A stretch of 64,000 nt of DNA from Desulfatiglandales bacterium (GTDB taxonomy: Bacteria > Desulfobacterota > DSM-4660 > Desulfatiglandales > Desulfatiglandaceae), in NCBI GenBank assembly GCA_963662465.1, contig OY759599.1, positions 4,064,001-4,128,000 on the forward strand, given 5' to 3'. The translations under genes and the position numbers were made by a program. Of this stretch, positions 58,776 through 64,000 are shown one piece after another; positions within the stretch are counted from its first letter, which is position 1; the number at the start of each line of letters is the position of its first letter. The notes beneath the pieces were generated by a model, which was not told the origin of the DNA, did not search any database, and worked only from the letters and a program-made list of their open reading frames with translations.

Positions 58776-60797
58776 ATGATGAATAAAAAACACGTTTCCC
58801 TCCAGATCGACTTGGAACAGTTCAATCTGAGCCTCGATCTTCCCGGCCAAAAGGGACTGAGCCTTCAATTTGACACACCCTCGCGCAGATTTTACCTGTC
58901 GGTGATGGCCCTTGTACTGGACCGGATGAAAAAGGCGGGCAAGATTTCATTTGTGCCCCTTGAAAGCCATTCGGACATTCTGGCGCTTCTAAATGAGACC
59001 GTTGGGGGGTCGGTTGGGTCCTCGGAAATGAAAAATTTGCTGCCCCGGATTTACCGGAAATGGAAGGACGCCCTTCCGGACCTGGAATCAGCACCGCTAT
59101 TTAGGGTGGTGGGTCGAAAAAAAGAATACAATGACGCAGCCGAAAAATCATATGATTTTGGCGATAATGCCAAGGACGCCTGGGCCAATCTGTTTGCCTA
59201 CCAGGGGAGCAGAGAGACCATCAGCTTGAGGCTGTGCATTGACCGCCTGGGGATGACGCTGGACGATGTAACCCTTATTTACGGGTCGGATCAAGAGCAG
59301 GAGGGGAAAACCCCCTGGGACCGGTTCATGGAAAGTCTGAAAAGCAAAACACAACCGGAACCTGGACATACGACTGACAACACTCCCGACCCTGAGAAGA
59401 CCCATGGGGAGAAAAAGCCGCCAAAGGGCGGACTTCGGAATATGGCGCTGCCGGCGCTTCTCATTTTGATGGCGTTGGTTTCCCTGTTCCTGGGGCTAAA
59501 ATCTATGCTTGGACACTCCGGAACAATCAACGCCAAACCTGCACAAACTGCTTCGACCCCGGTGCTGGAAAAACCTTCCATTGCGGTGCTGCCCTTCACC
59601 AACATGAGTGGAGACCCGAACCAGGATTATATTGCCGATGGCATCAGTGAAAACATTATCTCCGCCCTTTCGAGGATCGGGGAAATCTTTGTGATCGCCA
59701 GAAATTCAACCTTTACCTACAAAAACAAAGCCGTGAAAGTGCAGCAGGTTGCCGAGGATCTGGGCATCCGCTATGTGCTGGAGGGCAGTGTTATGAAGTC
59801 CGGCGATAAAATCAGGGTTACGGCCCAGTTGATTGATGCCGTCAGTGGATATCATCTCTGGGCGGAGAAATTCGATCGGAATATGTCGGATTTTTTTCAG
59901 ATGCTGGATGAAATCACCCGTGAGATTGCGGTAGCGCTTCAGGTTAAACTCACCCACGGTGAACAGGTCCGTAAATGGTATGTCACCACCAACTTTGAAG
60001 CCTGGGGTGAAGTTGCAAAAGGACTCTGCATATTTGAGACTTATACCAAGGCGAATAATGCAAAGGCGCGGGAACTTTTCGAAAAGGCCGTCAAGCTGGA
60101 TCCAGACTGCGCTTTTGCCTGGGTCATGCTGGGATGGACCCACTATATCGACGTGCGGTTTGCCTTTGATATGCGAAATCCGCCGGCGTCTTTCAAAAAA
60201 GCCTTTCAATATGCGGAAAAAGCCTTATCCATTGATGATGCCTCGTCTGATGCTCATGCACAGCTGGCATCCATCTATCTGATACGAGGGCAGTTTGATC
60301 AGGCGGTACAGGAAGGTCAAAAATCGGTTGATCTGGGCCCCAACAACGCATTGAGCCACATCCTTTTTTCACAGATCATGCATTATGCCGGAAATCCGGA
60401 GCGGGCAGTGGCTCTGGCGGAACAGGCACTGAAATTATGTCCCTGTTGCCCGGCCTGGTATCAGGTAAAGCTGGGCAGAAGTTACGGGGACGCCGGACGC
60501 TATGAGGACGCACTTCGCCTTTATAAACAGGTTCTGGCGCGTGCGCGAAAAGGTGAGTTTCCCCTCTGGTTAGCAAATTCGCATCTGGCGATTACCTATT
60601 CAATGATGGGACAGGATGAAAAAGCGCGGTTTCATCTGGCGGAAACCCTCAAATTGAATCCTGCCTATTCATTGGATCTGGTGCGCAAAATTAATTTCTA
60701 TAAAGACCCCAAGCAACTTGAAGCCATATTTAACGCCCTGCGCAAAGCGGGACTCCCCGACAAGACCTCACTCGCTGTATCCGCCTCACCTTCCTGA
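58776..60797 (+). CDS. Membrane-anchored TolB-N/TPR protein with uncharacterised N-domain
   Basis: One TM, KPSIAVLPF.NMSGD, VIARNSTF, LWAE.FDR, TPRs, LRKAGL. Confidence 0.8.
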   Translation: MMNKKHVSLQIDLEQFNLSLDLPGQKGLSLQFDTPSRRFYLSVMALVLDRMKKAGKISFVPLESHSDILALLNETVGGSVGSSEMKNLLPRIYRKWKDALPDLESAPLFRVVGRKKEYNDAAEKSYDFGDNAKDAWANLFAYQGSRETISLRLCIDRLGMTLDDVTLIYGSDQEQEGKTPWDRFMESLKSKTQPEPGHTTDNTPDPEKTHGEKKPPKGGLRNMALPALLILMALVSLFLGLKSMLGHSGTINAKPAQTASTPVLEKPSIAVLPFTNMSGDPNQDYIADGISENIISALSRIGEIFVIARNSTFTYKNKAVKVQQVAEDLGIRYVLEGSVMKSGDKIRVTAQLIDAVSGYHLWAEKFDRNMSDFFQMLDEITREIAVALQVKLTHGEQVRKWYVTTNFEAWGEVAKGLCIFETYTKANNAKARELFEKAVKLDPDCAFAWVMLGWTHYIDVRFAFDMRNPPASFKKAFQYAEKALSIDDASSDAHAQLASIYLIRGQFDQAVQEGQKSVDLGPNNALSHILFSQIMHYAGNPERAVALAEQALKLCPCCPAWYQVKLGRSYGDAGRYEDALRLYKQVLARARKGEFPLWLANSHLAITYSMMGQDEKARFHLAETLKLNPAYSLDLVRKINFYKDPKQLEAIFNALRKAGLPDKTSLAVSASPS

Positions 60798-60871
60798 TTT
60801 CAGGTTTTTCATCTCCAGACTTCAATTATCTCGGTAGCATTTTTTTTGATGTTTTGTGAGAAACAAAAAGG

Positions 60872-60895
60872 TGTTGACGGTCAGAACCGTCAACA
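60872..60895. promoter_or_regulatory. Perfect 10-4-10 inverted repeat
   Basis: TGTTGACGGT-CAGA-ACCGTCAACA. Confidence 0.5.
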
Positions 60896-61033
60896 GAGCG
60901 GCGCTATGAATAAAATTGCTGGAATTTTTTAAAACTCATATGCGTTGGGGGAGGTGAAGAAAAAGGAAATTGAATTTTGGGAAGCGGGAGATGTTAAACC
61001 ACAATTGAAAAATGGGAAAAAGGAGAAACCAAC

Positions 61034-61585
61034 ATGGCAAGATGTAGGAAAAACAGCGGCAGGGGTATTCTTAACCGATGGGGTCTGTGTTTGATGGTTT
61101 TCGTTATTTCATTATGGGCGCTCACATCCGTTGTGCAAGCGGGTGAAATTATCCGAAAAGGGAAGATCAACAGCGTGATTACCAAGATGCAGGCCATCCC
61201 CATTCCAGGATTGCCGGGACGGGTCATCGGCTTTTATGAGCGCCAGGGAGAGGCAACATATGAGGACGGCGAGACGGCTAAGCAAATTCTCAGGTGTACC
61301 TTTGATATGAACCGGGGGGCGGGGCCCTTTCAGGGATATTCCCAACTGACCTTCAAAGACGGCTCTGCGATGCTGGTAAAAATTGAGGGGGTCATGATAG
61401 CGCCGGAAAAAGGCAAGCTTCCAACCGGCAAGGGAACAGGGAAGTATATTGACGGAACGGGTCGCTTCAAAGGTATTCAGGGAACCATATCCTTCAATGT
61501 TACAGTACTCAAGCCTTTTGCCGGGGAAAGCAAGGGAGACGCCCTTGTGGAGGTTACAGGCACCTATACCCTGCCTGGAAAGTGA
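61034..61585 (+). CDS. Exported beta-rich hypothetical protein
   Basis: AAGGAG RBS, signal peptide ending VQA, GTGRFKGIQG. Confidence 0.8.
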   Translation: MARCRKNSGRGILNRWGLCLMVFVISLWALTSVVQAGEIIRKGKINSVITKMQAIPIPGLPGRVIGFYERQGEATYEDGETAKQILRCTFDMNRGAGPFQGYSQLTFKDGSAMLVKIEGVMIAPEKGKLPTGKGTGKYIDGTGRFKGIQGTISFNVTVLKPFAGESKGDALVEVTGTYTLPGK

Positions 61586-61643
61586 TTCTCAGTCGAGATT
61601 TCGAGGCGACTCTGGGGAAGGGTTTCTCGGTTTAAAATAGCGG

Positions 61644-61685
61644 AGCGGGGGTAGGGGTGATCTTCCTTTCCCCGCTTTCTCTTTA
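61644..61685 (+). terminator. Probable intrinsic terminator
   Basis: AGCGGGG...CCCCGCT followed by a pyrimidine tract. Confidence 0.45.
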
Positions 61686-61889
61686 TTGGCATAATTTTCG
61701 GTGTTGGAAGTCGCGGGGATTAAATCGATTTCTCCCCCTTGTCTGATCAACTTCGCCGGCACGCTGCTTGTGCAATAGTACCAACGGATCCTCGTCCAAG
61801 AACAAGAAATGCTTTGCCAATGCCCTTAGAAATGTGGGCCTGAAATAAAAGGGGTTGTTTTTAATTCCGGGGAAAGGTTCGAATCTCTA

Positions 61890-62684
61890 TCAGTGTTTCT
61901 TCTTTTTTTTAAGGCTTTCGAGATAGGCTTCGATGTCCTCCATCTTGAGACCTTTGAGTCTTTCCTGAGTCTTGAGACCTTTAAGCCTCTCTTCGGCTTT
62001 GAGACCTTTAAGCCTTTCTTCCGGATCCAGGTCTTCCAGGTGGGCCTTGACATAATCCTTTCTGAATTGTTCCATGGTATAGGGCATTGCGATTCCCTCC
62101 AGAGAATATTTTTCCAACAATTGGTTGACCACGGTGCTTCCGTCGTCCATTTGCCAGTGATAGTTTTCCAGTGCGAATCGGACTTTTTCCGGGTCAAAAG
62201 TGAAAAAGCTCAAAACGGCATTGCGCTGGACCAGTGGCAGCCTACTCAATACCAGAATCCGGATCAGGCGGCGCAACAACTTGATTTCCCATACGCCGGG
62301 TGTTATTTCCCTGGCTTGTGTTTTTGACAGCAATCCCACGGGATAGCGTGTACTGACGGCATACAACTGGATTTTGTGGGCCTTCGCGCCCGTTCTCTCA
62401 AGTATCTTTCTGTAGTTCACATAATGACCGATCAACTCCTCAATGGCCCATGAATTCAGGGACTGTCGTTTGGATTTGTAGCTCAACAGGTTATGACTGG
62501 AAAGGTTGTCAAACCCATCGCATATGCCCGACAGGTTTGCTTTTTCGTCTTTTTGTTCAACAATCACCACGTCCAGATACTGTCGCTTCAGGGAAAGATC
62601 TTTTTCCAGTTCCACGCGGAAACCGCGGTTGGAAAAATAATCAATGAGTAGCAAACCAAAAAGCCGATGCCAGTTGATATTCAT
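61890..62684 (-). CDS. PD-(D/E)XK/Rpn-like hypothetical protein with ERLKGLK repeats
   Basis: WHRLFG, LDVVIV, LSYKS; three 27-bp tandem repeats near the 3' end. Confidence 0.65.
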   Translation of the reverse strand: MNINWHRLFGLLLIDYFSNRGFRVELEKDLSLKRQYLDVVIVEQKDEKANLSGICDGFDNLSSHNLLSYKSKRQSLNSWAIEELIGHYVNYRKILERTGAKAHKIQLYAVSTRYPVGLLSKTQAREITPGVWEIKLLRRLIRILVLSRLPLVQRNAVLSFFTFDPEKVRFALENYHWQMDDGSTVVNQLLEKYSLEGIAMPYTMEQFRKDYVKAHLEDLDPEERLKGLKAEERLKGLKTQERLKGLKMEDIEAYLESLKKKKKH

Positions 62685-62884
62685 TTCTCTGCACCCGAAG
62701 TCGAAATTCTGATGTGGATAGACTCTTTCATCTGACCCCCTAAATAGAATGATATTCGATAACCGTTTCTTCTGCAATCCATTTTTTTCAGTTTCCAGCA
62801 ATTCTCATTTCAAAATGTGCCCCTGAAATTGTGATGACCCGGATGTATTGCGCCATTTCGGAAAGCTGCTCGGCTTGAACGGAC

Positions 62885-63038
62885 GGCATGAAGGAAGCGC
62901 GGGCGGAGATGGCGGAAATACACCGTCTGAATCCTGAGTTTTCCCTGGTGGACTGCATGCGCAACAGTTTTAATGATTAACCCGCCGGAAGACAAAAAAC
63001 GGTTTATCGATGCGTTGAAAGGCGCGGGTTTGAAATAA
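62885..63038 (+). pseudogene. C-terminal remnant of a TPR protein
   Basis: EARAEMAEIHRLNPEFSL...RFIDALKGAGLK*, with a stop and frameshift; resembles the end of 58776-60797. Confidence 0.6.
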
Positions 63039-63076
63039 CAGGAACTTTTCAACCCATACAGATCCGGAACAAAGTA

Positions 63077-63421
63077 TCAAACCTCTCCTCTTTGGGGAAC
63101 GATGCAGATGAAATCAAAGGGACCAGACCCCGCATTCCTGAATTGGTGGGTCTCATTGTCATTGACATAAACATAGTCGCCCGGTTGTAACGGATGGTCA
63201 TTGCCCATTGCATCCGTCATGATGCCGTTTCCTGCTTCGATTTTGACCAAGTGGGGGAAATCATGGGAGTGATGTGGACTTTTTCCACCGGGCTTCAGGC
63301 TGAAATAGCGCAACACGATCTCCTTCGATCCATCATCCGGACCTATGACAATTTTCTTTTTTACATTTTCATACCCCTGCAAATTTGCGAAGGGGACATC
63401 TTTCAATTTTTTAATAACCAT
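63077..63421 (-). CDS. Cupin-domain protein
   Basis: PGGKSPHHSH...G.G...PGD......HQFRN; own AAGGAG RBS. Confidence 0.85.
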   Translation of the reverse strand: MVIKKLKDVPFANLQGYENVKKKIVIGPDDGSKEIVLRYFSLKPGGKSPHHSHDFPHLVKIEAGNGIMTDAMGNDHPLQPGDYVYVNDNETHQFRNAGSGPFDFICIVPQRGEV

Positions 63422-63649
63422 AACGTTCTCCTTGATTTCTTCCGGCCCTCTGGAACCTTCCCATGAGCCCGAGAGTTCGAGCAAAACCTCTGCCGGAGTT
63501 TTTATCGAGTTTGAATGATTTGTTCCGGCCAGGTATGCCCGCACCAGAAAAAGGACTTGCTGACTAACGGACCGATGCTCTGTTGCGGCAAGTGCTTTAA
63601 GGTGGTCATAGATGTCATTGTCGATCCCCTTAATCTGTAAATTTGCCAT
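63422..63649 (-). pseudogene. FitA-like RHH antitoxin, in frame with the cupin
   Basis: MANLQIKGID...LKALA..EHRSVSQQV...LSGSW; no stop codon and no adjacent toxin. Confidence 0.55.
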
Positions 63650-64000
63650 TTTGAAACTCTCCCTTATTCTCTTCATGAAATTGTATGACGAATGCATGAA
63701 AACTGTCAATGGAAAGGAATGAAAACTTAAAATGCTCCGCTCAATTTTTGGCTTCTTGTAATTCCCTTGTCGTCTCTGTATATTGGGACTGCTTATCATT
63801 CTCGTGCGATAATTTTTCGGTTGCGAGCATGCGAAAAGGCCTTGGTGGGAAACAACCCTCCACCTGCCGGGGTTTCGTGAGTATTCTGTTTATGATGGGG
63901 GAGAGAAGCGCGTGAAAGCCGGAAAGCGTTATGTGTTAATGACAAAGCTCGCAAAACAAATTCATGTCTCCTGTGGCATCATCCGGCAGGATGATTTAAC

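Noticed and set aside
1114..63799. Extended N-termini in the ORF track (1114, 7766, 34070, 37066, 41610, 62801, 63799)
   Set aside because: They cross attC sites, terminators or neighbouring genes; downstream starts have an RBS or family-typical N-termini.
1..64000. CRISPR array, tRNA, rRNA, intI, selA/B/C/D
   Set aside because: None recognisable in this window.

Overview
The gene content suggests a 64-kb region from an anaerobic Desulfobacterota-like bacterium (inference). (1) 1-3763: tail of an integron cassette array with six attC sites and no intI in the window. Cassettes include a HEPN-like gene, orphans and hicBA. An ABC-ATPase/DUF4276 pair follows. (2) 6096-7687: thiolase-fold + DUF35 pair. 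The thiolase has an in-frame UGA at the nucleophile position followed by a SECIS-like hairpin. (3) 7898-53398: a Ni/Co-type uptake region made of about four tandem, partly decayed units. These carry TonB-dependent receptors, a six-gene Ttp/ExbBD/TonB/TPR set, exported tetrapyrrole-methylase-like proteins, a nucleoside-hydrolase-FmdE fusion, DUF4198, an APC permease, CbiMQO with a porin, and two tandem nicotianamine-synthase-like genes. One receptor has an in-frame UGA in a C-P-U motif plus a SECIS-like hairpin. The region is interrupted by an ISAs1 element, its 104-bp MITE, a PIN TA module and lutABC. (4) 53999-58481: vapBC, a solo attC and a YedE/YedF/DUF3343 selenium/sulfur-handling operon. 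(5) Right end: a membrane-anchored TPR protein with an exported partner, and remnants. The strongest candidates for novelty are the two putative selenoproteins, the metallophore/corrinoid-like envelope module around them, and a recurring leader motif (hairpin with an ACGAA/AAGAA loop plus terminator). Family calls are by-eye motif recognition; no database searches were run.
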